Source of the DNA: an uncultured Candidatus Binatia bacterium
GTDB lineage: Bacteria > Desulfobacterota > Binatia > UBA9968 > JAJDTQ01
Reading direction: 5' to 3'
Assembly: GCA_964291295.2 (NCBI GenBank)
Contig: OZ219754.1
Location: 352,001-416,000, forward strand
DNA: 64,000 bases
Made by a program: the position numbers and the translations under genes. Within the stretch, counting starts at the first letter, position 1. The number at the start of each line of letters is the position of its first letter. Of this stretch, positions 1-12,128 are shown one piece after another. Below the pieces are notes generated by a model. That model had not been told where the DNA came from and did no database searches. It saw nothing but the letters and a program-made list of their open reading frames with translations.

Positions 1-1
1 G

Positions 2-1564
2 GCCGATGAGGCGGAAACGGCGACCATGGGTCTAATGTTCCACCATACTCCCAAAGGCACCATGACGGCGAAGACCTACGCGGAGGAGGCCCGGACCGCG
101 GCCAACATGGCCAAGGCCCAGTACGACAAGGCCAAGATGGAGTCGGACAAGGCCGCGGCCACGAGCGACGTGCGTGCGGCCACCAAGGCCAAAGTCGCAG
201 CCGAGGCCGCTCAGGCGAAGGCCGAGGCTCAGGCGGCAACAGCCGCCGAAAAGGCGAAGATGGCCACGGATGCCGCGACCAGGGAGGTCCGGCATGTCGA
301 GGGAATGACCTACGAGTACGGCGGCACGCGCATCACCGCGGATGCCCCCAAGGTCACGGTCAAGACCGGGGGCAAGACCGTCACGAGCGGCAAGGCCGGC
401 GACCTCGATGAGGCGTCAAGGCTTTACTCAAAGGAACCCGTCGCCTACGTGGCGGCAGCCGAGAATACGCCGGAGGTGGCTGCCCGGACGGGATTCGATG
501 GACGCCAAATCAAGATCGGTTCCTACACCGACTCGCAGCAGGTCGGTTCCAGCATCGACTCGGAGCAGTTCCGTTTCTGGCTGATAGACAAATATGTCAC
601 CAACACCAAGGCGGTGAAGGCTTACCGCAAGGACAGCGGCACTAACGGTGCCGAGTTCACGGCCCCGGTCACGGCAGAAAACCCGTTCGGCTCGCGCACC
701 GTTGACAGCAAGACCTACAAGATCATGCGGGCGGAGGGGGAGTTCTATCGTGTCAGCACCGAGGCGTCGGCGAAATTCGACAAGACGAATGCCAATGACC
801 GGATCAGTAAGGATTACAAGGACGCGAATGCGGGCGTGGGGGTCTACTACTACACGGATAGCAGCGGGAAAAAGGTCTATCTTCTGAGCACCGGAGCCGA
901 GGGTGCCACGGGACTCAAGTACCGTCCGTTGCTCGTCTACGATGTGCCGGATTTCCCGGAGGCGAACCCCTACGAGCACATGAACTTCGGCATGTGGAAC
1001 AGGAAGTCAAACAGAACCGACCTTGGCATCGCATTCGTCCGGGTGCTGCCCGGCAAGGGTCCGACCCCGACCGCCAACATGCCAAGTTTCGGCACCGCCA
1101 CTTACAGGGGCGATGCAGTATGGCAAGCCCGCCGCCAGGACGCTCAAGGTAAAGGAAGCATAGGCGGTTTTGACGGAACCTCAACCACAACGGTGGATTT
1201 CGGGGAAAGCACCATCAAGACCGAGCTTCTCTGGGTGGCTTCCTGGTTTGCTGGCGCAAGGGCCCACGGATATCAGATCCCTATCGCCACACTCCACGGC
1301 ACCATCGACGGCAACCGGTTCTCGGGCAGTAAAGTGACCAAGGTCAACAACGAAACCGCCGGTTTCGATGTACATACCGCCGCCGCACTTCGTAACATTA
1401 TAGGCATGGCCATGAGCGACGACGGCAGCCTGTATGAGGTAAGGGAGTACAGCGGCCATTTCTTCGGACCGAACGGCGAAGAGGTGGGCGGCGTGTTCGA
1501 CGTCACATCCAAGGACAAGAAGAGCGGCGAGTTGCGCGGCTCCTTCGGCGGCCGCAGGGAGTAA
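2..1564 (+). CDS. TbpB-like (transferrin-binding-protein-like) surface protein, 5'-partial; Ala/Lys-rich stalk plus C-terminal beta-barrel
   Basis: Frame is open from base 2. The C-terminus has ATYRG...GHFFGPNGEEVGGVF...GSFGGRRE, typical of TbpB_B_D barrels. Confidence 0.7.
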   Translation, partial: ADEAETATMGLMFHHTPKGTMTAKTYAEEARTAANMAKAQYDKAKMESDKAAATSDVRAATKAKVAAEAAQAKAEAQAATAAEKAKMATDAATREVRHVEGMTYEYGGTRITADAPKVTVKTGGKTVTSGKAGDLDEASRLYSKEPVAYVAAAENTPEVAARTGFDGRQIKIGSYTDSQQVGSSIDSEQFRFWLIDKYVTNTKAVKAYRKDSGTNGAEFTAPVTAENPFGSRTVDSKTYKIMRAEGEFYRVSTEASAKFDKTNANDRISKDYKDANAGVGVYYYTDSSGKKVYLLSTGAEGATGLKYRPLLVYDVPDFPEANPYEHMNFGMWNRKSNRTDLGIAFVRVLPGKGPTPTANMPSFGTATYRGDAVWQARRQDAQGKGSIGGFDGTSTTTVDFGESTIKTELLWVASWFAGARAHGYQIPIATLHGTIDGNRFSGSKVTKVNNETAGFDVHTAAALRNIIGMAMSDDGSLYEVREYSGHFFGPNGEEVGGVFDVTSKDKKSGELRGSFGGRRE

Positions 1565-1598
1565 CAGGACGCCGTCATCGGCGGTGGTTCACCGAGCG

Positions 1599-1639
1599 GG
1601 GCGCCCGATCCATCTACGGATCGGGCGCCCTTTTCTTTT
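1599..1639 (+). terminator. Rho-independent terminator
   Basis: Perfect 13 bp stem GGGCGCCCGATCC/GGATCGGGCGCCC, 6 nt loop, then TTTTCTTTT. Confidence 0.85.
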
Positions 1640-1682
1640 CTCGAACGCTGACGGGGACTGCGATGCGGGGCGGGGTAACCTC

Positions 1683-3454
1683 CAGGGCGAATTAATTGTC
1701 TGCCTGTGGGACAGGTTGAGGTGAAGTCCGGGGTGACCATTTCTTTCTTGATATGGCAGTGTGCCGGTCATGGCGAGGTTTCTGTTTGCGGGTGTTTGGG
1801 TTGATCTTCGCGCGGTCACGGTGCGCCCGACCTGGGGGGCACGGGAGCACCGGCGCTGGGACGATTTGGTAGCGGCGCACCACTATCTGCGGTTCCACGG
1901 CATCATGGGCAAGGGTCTGCGCCATGTCGCGGTTCATGGCGAGGCCTGGCTTGCCCTGGTTGGCTGGCAGCCTGGAGCGTTCAAGGTGGGAGCGCGGGAC
2001 CGCTGGATCGGGTGGTCGGCGGAGCAGCAGTTCCGTCGCCTGCATCTGGTCGCCAACAACTCGCGCTTTGTCATCCTGACGCCTGAGCGAGTTCCCAACC
2101 TTGCCTCGCGGGTGCTGGGGCTGAGCGTGCGGCGGCTGTCGCAGGACCTGCGGGCGGCGCCCCGGCTGCGCAGCCTGTTCGAGTGTTTGGGCGAGGTGCC
2201 CGAATACCGCCATGCCCGGGGCAAGCGCTATGCGCTCACCACCATTCTGACGCTGGCCGTTGCCGCCCGGCTTGCCGGATACCGGGGTGTGAACGCCTTC
2301 GCCCAGTTCGCCGCCCTGCTCTCCCCGAAGCAACTGAAGGCGGTGGGCGCCTTCTGGAGCCCATCCAGGCAGTGCTACACGCCGCCGGCGGTCACCACCT
2401 TCCACAACATTCTCGCCGCTCTGCGGCCACAGACCCTGGACAATGCCATCGGCCAGTGGGCCGGACAGCACAGCAGTGCGCACGCGCCTGTGGCCATGGA
2501 CGGAAAGGATTTGCGCGGCGCCTCGAAGCAGACCGAAGACCGGCGCAGGAGGATGGTCGCTGCGGTGGCGCATGACACCGGCTCCCGGCCGTGCGCGCAC
2601 TCTCCATCGGTCTCGACCTCACAGGCCGGATCGTCACCATCGATGCGATGCACGCCCAGCACGAGACCGCGCGTTGTCTGCTCGAACGCCGTGCCGACTA
2701 CGTGGTCAGCGCGGTGAAGGGCAACCCGCAGACCATCCTCGAAGACCTCAAGGCGATCGACTTCAGCGATGCGCCCTGGCACGAAACCGTCGACAAGCGC
2801 CATGGTCGCATTGAGCGCCGACGCGGTGCCGTCGTCGACCTCTGCGCTGCCGAGTGGGACGGCTACGCCCACCTTCACGGGCGCCGCCAGGCAATGCGCA
2901 TGGAACGCGATGGCAAGATGCTCAGAACCGGCAAGCGCAGCATCGAGGTCACCTGGAGCCTGACGACGCTTGGCGCAGAGCGAGCCGGCCCCAAGGAGCT
3001 TCTCGATCTGGTGCGCAACCACTGGCACATCGAGAACCGTGTGTACTATGTGCGTGACTTCACCCATGACGAAGACCGTTGCCGGGCACATGTGCGCCAC
3101 CTGCCCGGAAATCTGGCCTGCTTGAGCAACGCGGCCATCGCTATCGTGCGCTGCGACGGGCGCTTCCGATATGTACCCGAGGCGAACCGGCACTACGCCG
3201 CCCGCGCCCAAGAGGCCCTCGACGCGATTATGATCGCGCCCATCGGCTGATACCGCACCCCCCACCGCCCCACAGGCTCGGGCCGAAGAACGGCGCGGCA
3301 AAACAACTGCGCCCGTCGAGGACGAAAACACCGGACCGCGGCATCAAGAAACCACCACGACGGCGGCCAGAAACGTCTGGGGTTCCCCAAAACACCGGCA
3401 GCCAGACCGACATCACTCACACAAAGCCCGCGGCTCGACTAAAAATTTTCCCTG
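1683..3454 (+). mobile_element. Degenerate ISAs1-family insertion sequence
   Basis: Imperfect terminal inverted repeats: CAGGGCGAATTAATTGTC (1683-1700) vs reverse complement of 3437-3454 CAGGGAAAATTTTTAGTC (13/18). They enclose an ISAs1-type transposase. No target duplication seen. Confidence 0.75.
1761..3250 (+). pseudogene. DUF4338(DruA-like)-ISAs1 transposase fusion, internally deleted and frameshifted near 2582
   Basis: ORF 1761-2717 has HHYL...RDRWIGW...NNSRF...NLASRVL (DUF4338), then RHARGKRY...MDGKDLRG. ORF 2591-3250 has VTIDAMHAQ, VKGN, HGRIERR, RNHWHIEN, DEDRCR (ISAs1 DDE). The usual LGQ..KSNEI segment is missing at the frame junction. Confidence 0.8.
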
Positions 3455-3457
3455 GTC

Positions 3458-3476
3458 GGGGGGGGGGGGGGGGGGG
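3458..3476. repeat. Homopolymer G19
   Basis: 19 consecutive G directly after the IS right end. Confidence 0.9.
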
Positions 3477-3590
3477 AGCGATGCCGTCCCCGTGAACCTG
3501 CCGGCGCCGCCCCTCGCCGGACACGAACCTTCCGCCACCCCGGGCCTCGCTGGCCAGCGGCCCGACCTTGGGTTATAGTTTGTTCCGCGC

Positions 3591-4979
3591 ATGCAGGCAC
3601 TTGGCGTCATCATCCTGGCCGCGGGCCAGGGCAGACGAATGCGATCGGCCACGCCGAAGGTGCTGCATCTCCTGAGTGGCAAACCGCTCCTGGCGCACGT
3701 GCTGGACGCCTGCGCGACGCTGGAACCCGAACGGCTCCGTGTAGTCGTGGGCCGCGGCATGGACCCGGTCCGCGCGGCCTTCCCCGGAATGGACCGCTCC
3801 GGCTGGGTGCTGCAACCCGAGCCCCTGGGCACCGGCCACGCCGCTCGTTGCGGCACCGCGGCCCTTGGCGATTTCACGGGCGACGTGCTGATCGTCAACG
3901 GGGACGTGCCGCTGCTCTCGCCCCGGAGCCTGTGCGGGATGCTGGCCGCGCACCGGTCGTCGGCCAGCGACGTCACCCTGGCGGTGGCCAGGCTGGAAGA
4001 GCCCTCGGGCTGCGGGCGTATCCTGCGCGGCCCGGACGGCGCCATCACCGGCGTGGTGGAGGAACGCGACGCCAGCGAGGCGGAGAAGGCTATCCAGGAG
4101 ATCAACGTCGGCCTGTACCTGGCGTCGTCGGACTTTTTTCGCACGGCCCTGGCGGCCCTCGAGAACCACAACGACCAGGGCGAATACTATCTGCCGGATA
4201 TCGTCCGTTTCGGCGCCCGGAGGGCGGCGCGCATCGGCAGCGTGACCCTCGGCGACCCGCGCGAATTCCGGGGCGTGAACAACAGGGAGGAACTCGCCTG
4301 GATGGAAAAGGCTTTGCAGCGGGATATCAACCGCCGATGGATGGAGCGGGGCGTGACCCTCAAGGATCCTGAAACCACCTACATCGACGCCGACGCCACC
4401 ATCGGCGAGGACACCGTCATCGGCCCCCACAGCCACCTGCTGGGGCGTACCGTGGTGGGCGCCCGCTGCCGCATCGACGGCAGCGCCTACCTCACCAGCG
4501 TCCGGCTGGCCGACGAGGTCCACCTGCGTTTCTCGGTGGTGATGGACGACTGCGACATCGAGGAGGGCGTCAGCGTCGGCCCCTTCGCGCACCTGCGCCC
4601 CGGCGCCGTGCTCAAGCGCAACGTCCATATCGGCAACTTCGTGGAGGTCAAGAACTCGTCCGTGGGCGAGTCCACCAAGGTCAGCCACCTGAGCTACATC
4701 GGCGATACCCGTCTCGGCCGCGACTCCAACATCGGCGCCGGCACCATCACCTGCAACTACGACGGCTTCACCAAGAGCCGCACCACCATCGGCGACCGCG
4801 TCCAGGTAGGCAGCGACACCCAACTCGTGGCGCCCGTGGTGGTGGGCGACGACGCCTACATCGGCGCCGGCTCCACCATCACCCGGGACGTGCCTGCCGG
4901 CGCCTTGGCCGTGAGCCGCACGCCGCAGCGGAACGTCGAGGACTGGGTGGCCGGCTATCGGGCCCGGAAGAGCCGGTAG
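3591..4979 (+). CDS. glmU: Bifunctional UDP-N-acetylglucosamine pyrophosphorylase / glucosamine-1-phosphate N-acetyltransferase
   Basis: ILAAGQGRRMRS..PKVLH, EYYL, GNFVEVK, HLSYIGD, TITCNYDG and hexapeptide repeats. Confidence 0.97.
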   Translation: MQALGVIILAAGQGRRMRSATPKVLHLLSGKPLLAHVLDACATLEPERLRVVVGRGMDPVRAAFPGMDRSGWVLQPEPLGTGHAARCGTAALGDFTGDVLIVNGDVPLLSPRSLCGMLAAHRSSASDVTLAVARLEEPSGCGRILRGPDGAITGVVEERDASEAEKAIQEINVGLYLASSDFFRTALAALENHNDQGEYYLPDIVRFGARRAARIGSVTLGDPREFRGVNNREELAWMEKALQRDINRRWMERGVTLKDPETTYIDADATIGEDTVIGPHSHLLGRTVVGARCRIDGSAYLTSVRLADEVHLRFSVVMDDCDIEEGVSVGPFAHLRPGAVLKRNVHIGNFVEVKNSSVGESTKVSHLSYIGDTRLGRDSNIGAGTITCNYDGFTKSRTTIGDRVQVGSDTQLVAPVVVGDDAYIGAGSTITRDVPAGALAVSRTPQRNVEDWVAGYRARKSR

Positions 4980-4992
4980 GGGCGAGTCCGAC

Positions 4993-6802
<1,810 letters not shown>

Positions 6803-6816
<14 letters not shown>

Positions 6817-7480
6817 GCGCACCGGGGGCTTGGCCGCGGGCGCCCTCTCCGGGGGCCGGCGCGGATACCGGCTCCCGCGCGCGTGTGACGCCCCGGTATC
6901 CCCTGGCCACCACGTAGAGTTCCGACGAGCCCTTGCGCGTGGCCCCGGACCGCACCCGCCGCACGTTCCGAAAACACGCCGACGCTTCGCTCAACAGCGC
7001 CTCGACATCGACGCCGGCGAAAGTCTTGAACACGAACGCGCCGCCGGGCCTGAGGATCCACCGGGCAATCTCGAAGGCCCCGCGGACGAGCTCCAGCGCG
7101 CGCCGGCGGTCCGCGTCGCGGATACCGGAAAGACGCGGCGCCATATCGGAGAGAACGCAGTCCACCTTTCCCGCCGCGCACTCGCGTATGCGTGCTGCGG
7201 CGTCCGGTGCCAGGACATCCAGCTCGAAACCCTGCGCTTGCCGGCCGGCAAGCGGCTCCATGGGTTGCAGGTCGAAGCCCAGCACCCGTCCCCCCGGTCC
7301 GGCCAACTCGGCGGCGACCTGGAGCCAGCCGCCAGGTGCCGCCCCCAGGTCCACGACCACCTGGCCGGCCCGGATGAAATGGAACCGCCGGTTCATCTCC
7401 AGCAGCTTGTAGGCCGCCCGTGAACGATAGCCCTCACGCCTGGCCTTGCGAAAATAACCGTCCTGAGGCCGATACGACAT
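6803..7480 (-). CDS. rlmE: 23S rRNA Um2552 methyltransferase (FtsJ/RrmJ)
   Basis: GYRSRAAYKL, DLGAAPGGW, SDMAP, TRKGSSELY. Confidence 0.95.
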
Positions 7481-7718
7481 GCTTCACGGTCCATGTCTTC
7501 GCCTGATGACCGGCGTCACCTGATGGCCGGCACCGGGGAATTCTGCTCCGGATCCTGCTCTGGATTCCGATCCTGATTCAAACTCCGATCCTGATCCTGG
7601 TCCAGTCTGCTCCATTCTGCTCTTATCATGACCCAATAATATCAGAATCGATATGCCAAATGCACACAAGGCATCTTTTTGCTTGACAAGCGGCAAGAAA
7701 CAGTGTTAGTGGCTGTAT

Positions 7719-9815
7719 ATGCTGAAGCAAATGGGCGACATGAAGCAAATGGGCAACATGAAGCAAATGGGCAGCACCGTGGTTCTGGCTGTTGCAGCAG
7801 CCGTGATGAACTGTTTGCTGTGGACAGGGCCGGCCGGCGCGGTGGATCTGAGTTCGGGTGAGATCGAGGCGAGACTCGACACCACCCTCTCCTACGGTGT
7901 GACTTTTCGCGTCGAAGAGCGCGACAAGGAGTTGACGGACCGGGTCAACGACAACGACGGCGATCTCAACTACGATCGCGGCATTGTCAGCAACGCGTTC
8001 AAGTTCACCAGCGAACTGGATGCAGGCTACAGGAACGTCGGGCTGTTCGTCCGCGCCAGCGGACTCTACGACATCGAGAACGAGCACGGCACGCGGAGCT
8101 ACCGCGACCTCTCCGGGCCGGCGAAGTCGCTGATCGGGAAGGATATCGACCTTCTGGATGCCTACGTCACGGGAACGTTCGATGTCGGCGACGCCGCGGT
8201 GGACGTGCGGCTCGGCAAGCACGTGCTCAACTGGGGCGAGAGCACGTTCATCCAGAACGGCATCAGCGCCGTCAATCCGTTCGACGTGAGCAAGCTCAGG
8301 GTTCCGGGCGCCGAGTTGCGGGAGGCGTTGCTGGCGGTTCCGCTGGTTTCGGCGTCGGTGGCGCCCACCGCCAGCCTCTCGATGGAGGGTTTCTACCAGC
8401 TCGACTGGGAGAAGACCGAACTCGATCCGGTGGGCAGCTACTTCTCGGTCACCGACTATGTCGGCCCGGGGGCGGACCGTGCCATCATCGACCTGCCCGG
8501 ACTGGATCTCGGCGACAGGGGACTGACCGCCGCAAAGAATCCCTTTGTCATCTTCTCGGGCCTCTCCGACCCCCGGGCCGCCGCCGCTTTCAGCAGTGTC
8601 ACCGCGGACGATCCCGACTTCCTGATGGCGAATCGCACCGCGGACCGGAAGCCCGGCGACTCGGGCCAATGGGGAATCGCGTTCCGCTACCTTTTCGAGG
8701 AATGGAGCGACATCGAGGTGGGCTTCTATTTCATGAACTACCACAGCCGCCTGCCGGTGGTGAGCGCGCACACCGGGACCGCGACCGACGCGGGGAAAGG
8801 CCTGGCCGCGGCCGGGGCCATCAGCGCGGCCGCCCCCACCGCGGTCGGTGAGGTGGTGACCGCCGCGGTCACCCGGGCCTTGACCGCGGCGCGGTGTCCT
8901 TCCGCGACCCACAGCGCGGAATGCGGTGCCCTTGCCAACAAGGTGCGAACCGAGACCACCGCCCTGGCTCAAGGCGCCGCCGCCGGTGCCGCCCAGGCTG
9001 CCGGCATCGACGCCTACGCCGAGAAAGGCCACTACTTCATCGAGTATCCGGAGGACATCCAGCTCTACGGCGTCAGCTTCAACACCGCAATCGGAACCAC
9101 CGGCTGGGCGCTGCAGGGCGAGTACTCCTGGCGCCGCGACGCGCCGCTGCAACTGGCGGAACGCAAGCTGTTCGCCGAAGCCCTGCGGCCCTTCACCGGC
9201 TTGACGGCATGTATCGGGCGGCAGGTGGCGAACGGGGTTTCGCAGCAGATGGCGGGCCCCCGGTGCATCGCCGAGAACGCGGCGGCCGGCCGGTACGATG
9301 CGGACACCGTGGGCTACGTCCTGCGTGACGTGAGCCAGGTCCAGGCCACCGCCACCAAGGTGTTCGGCCCTGTTCTGGGATCGGACGGCGGCGCCTTCGT
9401 GACCGAAGTGGCGGTGATGCACGTGCACGACCTGCCGGACGGCAAGGATGTGGCCGCCGACGCCCTGACCCCGGCCGACATGCCCCTGGAGAGCCCCGCC
9501 GGTGCGGTCGGGAGCGACGACAATGACGCCGACGCCACCTCCTGGGGCTATCGTTTGGCGGCCCGACTCGATTACAATGGCGCGGTGGGGGCGGTAAACC
9601 TGTTCCCTTATCTTCGATTCGGGCACGACGTCGGCGGCAACAGCCCCGCCCCCAGCGGGTCGTTCGTGGAGGGGCGGACGGCGCTGACCTTCGGCCTTGG
9701 CGCCGACTATCTCAGCCGCTGGCAGGCCGACTTGGGCTACACCCTGTTCGCCGGCCGCAGGAACAAGTTGAGGGACCGTGACTTCATCACCGCCACGGTC
9801 CGATACTCCTTCTAG
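7719..9815 (+). CDS. DUF1302 family outer-membrane beta-barrel protein
   Basis: Signal peptide, NDNDGDLNY, NWGESTFIQNGI, terminal DRDF..TVRYSF; operon context. The start may be any of the Met codons in 7719-7767. Confidence 0.85.
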   Translation: MLKQMGDMKQMGNMKQMGSTVVLAVAAAVMNCLLWTGPAGAVDLSSGEIEARLDTTLSYGVTFRVEERDKELTDRVNDNDGDLNYDRGIVSNAFKFTSELDAGYRNVGLFVRASGLYDIENEHGTRSYRDLSGPAKSLIGKDIDLLDAYVTGTFDVGDAAVDVRLGKHVLNWGESTFIQNGISAVNPFDVSKLRVPGAELREALLAVPLVSASVAPTASLSMEGFYQLDWEKTELDPVGSYFSVTDYVGPGADRAIIDLPGLDLGDRGLTAAKNPFVIFSGLSDPRAAAAFSSVTADDPDFLMANRTADRKPGDSGQWGIAFRYLFEEWSDIEVGFYFMNYHSRLPVVSAHTGTATDAGKGLAAAGAISAAAPTAVGEVVTAAVTRALTAARCPSATHSAECGALANKVRTETTALAQGAAAGAAQAAGIDAYAEKGHYFIEYPEDIQLYGVSFNTAIGTTGWALQGEYSWRRDAPLQLAERKLFAEALRPFTGLTACIGRQVANGVSQQMAGPRCIAENAAAGRYDADTVGYVLRDVSQVQATATKVFGPVLGSDGGAFVTEVAVMHVHDLPDGKDVAADALTPADMPLESPAGAVGSDDNDADATSWGYRLAARLDYNGAVGAVNLFPYLRFGHDVGGNSPAPSGSFVEGRTALTFGLGADYLSRWQADLGYTLFAGRRNKLRDRDFITATVRYSF
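7722..7775 (+). repeat. 3 x 18 bp tandem repeat at the DUF1302 start
   Basis: CTGAAGCAAATGGGCGAC / ATGAAGCAAATGGGCAAC / ATGAAGCAAATGGGCAGC. Confidence 0.9.
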
Positions 9816-9819
9816 GCGC

Positions 9820-11193
9820 ATGAGCATGAAAACACTCACGGTTCGATTCGCCGGCGTCCTGGCGCTGGCGTGCGCACTGGGCGCTCCGGTGTCGGCGGAT
9901 ACGTCCGCGGACAACATCGCGCGGCTCGACCGCGACCTGACCCCGGTCGGGGGAGAGCGGGCGGGCAACGCCGAGGGCACCATCCCGGAATGGACCGGCG
10001 GCATCACCCGTCCGCCGGAGGCGTACCGGCCCGGCGGACGCCGCCCCGACCCGTACTCGAACGACAAGCCGCGCTTCGTCATCGACCGGACCAATCTGGA
10101 CACGTATCGGAACCGGCTTTCGCCGGGGCACCAGCGCATGCTGGAGACCTACCCGACCTTCAGGCTGACCGTATATCCGACCCGGCGCAGCGCCTCGTTG
10201 CCGCAGCGCATCTACGACGCCACCCGGAAGGTCGCCGCCGCCGCAAGGCTGGTGGACGAAGGCAACGGGGTCGACGGTGCGGTCATCGGGATCCCCTTCC
10301 CCATCCCCGAGAACGGCCAGGAGGTGATCTGGAACCACCTGTTGCGCTACCGCGGCGAGACGGCCTCCTGCACGCTGGAGCAGGCGGCGGTGACCCGGGG
10401 CGGCGACTACACGCTGGTCAAGTACGCGGTCGACGTCAACGTGCGCTATTCGCTGCCGGGCATGACCGCGGAAGAGCTCGGCAACACCATGATCCTCTTC
10501 AAGCAGCGGGTGACCGCGCCGGCACGGCTCGCGGGAGACATCGTGCTGGTGCACGAAACCATGAACCAGGCTCGGGAACCCCGCAGCGCCTGGACCTACA
10601 ACCCCGGTCAACGCCGGGTGCGGCGCGCGCCCAACATCGCCTACGACAACCCGGGCACCACCTCCGACGGACTGCGCACCTCCGACCAGTTCGACATGTT
10701 CAACGGAGCGATCGACCGCTACGATTGGAAGCTCGTGGGCAAGCGCGAGATGTACGTGCCCTACAACACCTACCGGCCCCATGGCAACGGACTTTCCTTC
10801 GCGGATGTCATCCGGCCGCTGCACGTGAACCCGGAGCACCTGCGCTACGAGCTGCATCGGGTCTGGATCGTCGACGCGACGCTCAAGGAAGGGGCGAGCC
10901 ACATCTACAAGCGGCGGACTTTCTACATCGACGAAGATTCCTGGCAGATCCTGCTGGTGGACATCTATGACAACCGCGATGAGCTGTGGCGGGTGTCCGA
11001 GGGTCACGTCATCAACTTCTACGAAAAACCGCTGACGCGGCCGGTGCTGGAGACCCACTACGACCTGCAGGCGGGGCGCTATCTGGTGATCGCCGTGGGA
11101 CTCGACCCCAAGTCCCCGGCATGCAACTACGATGTCGCGTTCAAGCCCGGGGACTTCAGCCCCTCGTCCCTGCGCCGCGCAGGCCGGCGGTGA
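9820..11193 (+). CDS. DUF1329 family periplasmic protein
   Basis: LTPVGGERAGN.EGTIPEWTGG, WTYNPGQRRVRRAP, RYELHRVW, FYIDEDSW. Confidence 0.9.
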   Translation: MSMKTLTVRFAGVLALACALGAPVSADTSADNIARLDRDLTPVGGERAGNAEGTIPEWTGGITRPPEAYRPGGRRPDPYSNDKPRFVIDRTNLDTYRNRLSPGHQRMLETYPTFRLTVYPTRRSASLPQRIYDATRKVAAAARLVDEGNGVDGAVIGIPFPIPENGQEVIWNHLLRYRGETASCTLEQAAVTRGGDYTLVKYAVDVNVRYSLPGMTAEELGNTMILFKQRVTAPARLAGDIVLVHETMNQAREPRSAWTYNPGQRRVRRAPNIAYDNPGTTSDGLRTSDQFDMFNGAIDRYDWKLVGKREMYVPYNTYRPHGNGLSFADVIRPLHVNPEHLRYELHRVWIVDATLKEGASHIYKRRTFYIDEDSWQILLVDIYDNRDELWRVSEGHVINFYEKPLTRPVLETHYDLQAGRYLVIAVGLDPKSPACNYDVAFKPGDFSPSSLRRAGRR

Positions 11194-12122
11194 GCCGGCC
11201 GGCCGGATGGCTCCTGCTGGTGCTCGTGCTGTCCGGACAGGCCGGCGCCGGCGCCAAACCGGCCGTCCCGGCCCCCCTTGCCATAAAGTCCCTGCTGCTT
11301 GACAGCGCCATGGCCGGCTCCCGCATCGTGGTGGTGGGGCAGCGCGGGCACATCCTGATCTCCGACGACCAGGGGAAGACTTGGGAACAGTCCCGGGTAC
11401 CCACCCGTGCCTTGCTCACCGCGGTGCACATGCACGACGAGCGCACCGGCTGGGCCGTCGGACACGATGCGGTGATTCTTCGTACCGACGACCGCGGCGA
11501 CACCTGGCGGCTGCTGCACCGCGCACCGGAAGAGGAGCGTCCCTTGCTGGACGTCTGGTTCCGGGACCGGAACGCAGGCTTTGCGGTGGGAGCCTATGGC
11601 TACTTCCTGGCCACCGGCGACGGCGGCGAGACCTGGAACTCCCGCACCATCAGCAAGGATGACTTTCACCTGAACGCGATGGTGTCCGCGGGGGGACGCC
11701 GGCTCTTCATGGCGGCGGAATCCGGCGTTGCGTACCGCTCCGACGACGGCGGCGGAACTTGGCGCGCGCTTCCCTCCCCCTATGCCGGCTCCTGGTACGG
11801 CGCGCTGGCGCTCGCTCGGGACCGGCTCCTGCTGCTGGGGCTCCGGGGACATCTCTTCCGGTCCGAGGATGGCGGCGGACGCTGGACGCGGGTGGCCACC
11901 GGCACCACCGCGACCCTCACCAACGCCACCCGCCTGCCGGGCGGAGCGGTGCTCGTCACCGGCCTCGAAGGAATCCTGCTCATGAGCCGGGACGGGGGCC
12001 GGAGCGTCTCCACCACCCGCCTGCCGTTACGCCAGGGCATCACGTCGGCGCTGGCGCTGGCCGACGGCAGTGTGCTGCTGACCGGCGAGTTCGGGGTCCG
12101 GCGACTGCCCCGGCCCGAGTAG
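11190..12122 (+). CDS. YCF48/BNR-repeat beta-propeller protein
   Basis: GTG start overlaps the upstream TGA; repeated SDDQGKTW / TDDRGDTW / TGDGGETW / SEDGGGRW motifs. Confidence 0.88.
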   Translation: MSRPAGWLLLVLVLSGQAGAGAKPAVPAPLAIKSLLLDSAMAGSRIVVVGQRGHILISDDQGKTWEQSRVPTRALLTAVHMHDERTGWAVGHDAVILRTDDRGDTWRLLHRAPEEERPLLDVWFRDRNAGFAVGAYGYFLATGDGGETWNSRTISKDDFHLNAMVSAGGRRLFMAAESGVAYRSDDGGGTWRALPSPYAGSWYGALALARDRLLLLGLRGHLFRSEDGGGRWTRVATGTTATLTNATRLPGGAVLVTGLEGILLMSRDGGRSVSTTRLPLRQGITSALALADGSVLLTGEFGVRRLPRPE

Positions 12123-12128
12123 CCGCTC

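Noticed and set aside
1761-2160. Druantia defence system
   Set aside because: The DUF4338 domain is inside an IS, and there is no DruE helicase or other dru gene.
4005-4022. GlmU GCGR instead of the usual GYGR
   Set aside because: A single TAC-to-TGC change in an otherwise intact gene; it cannot be told apart from tolerated variation or error.
6817-6900. Tn7-like element at glmS
   Set aside because: No TGT...ACA ends and no tns genes.
7722-7775. Short repeats as a possible CRISPR array
   Set aside because: Contiguous tandem units with no spacers, and no cas genes in the window.
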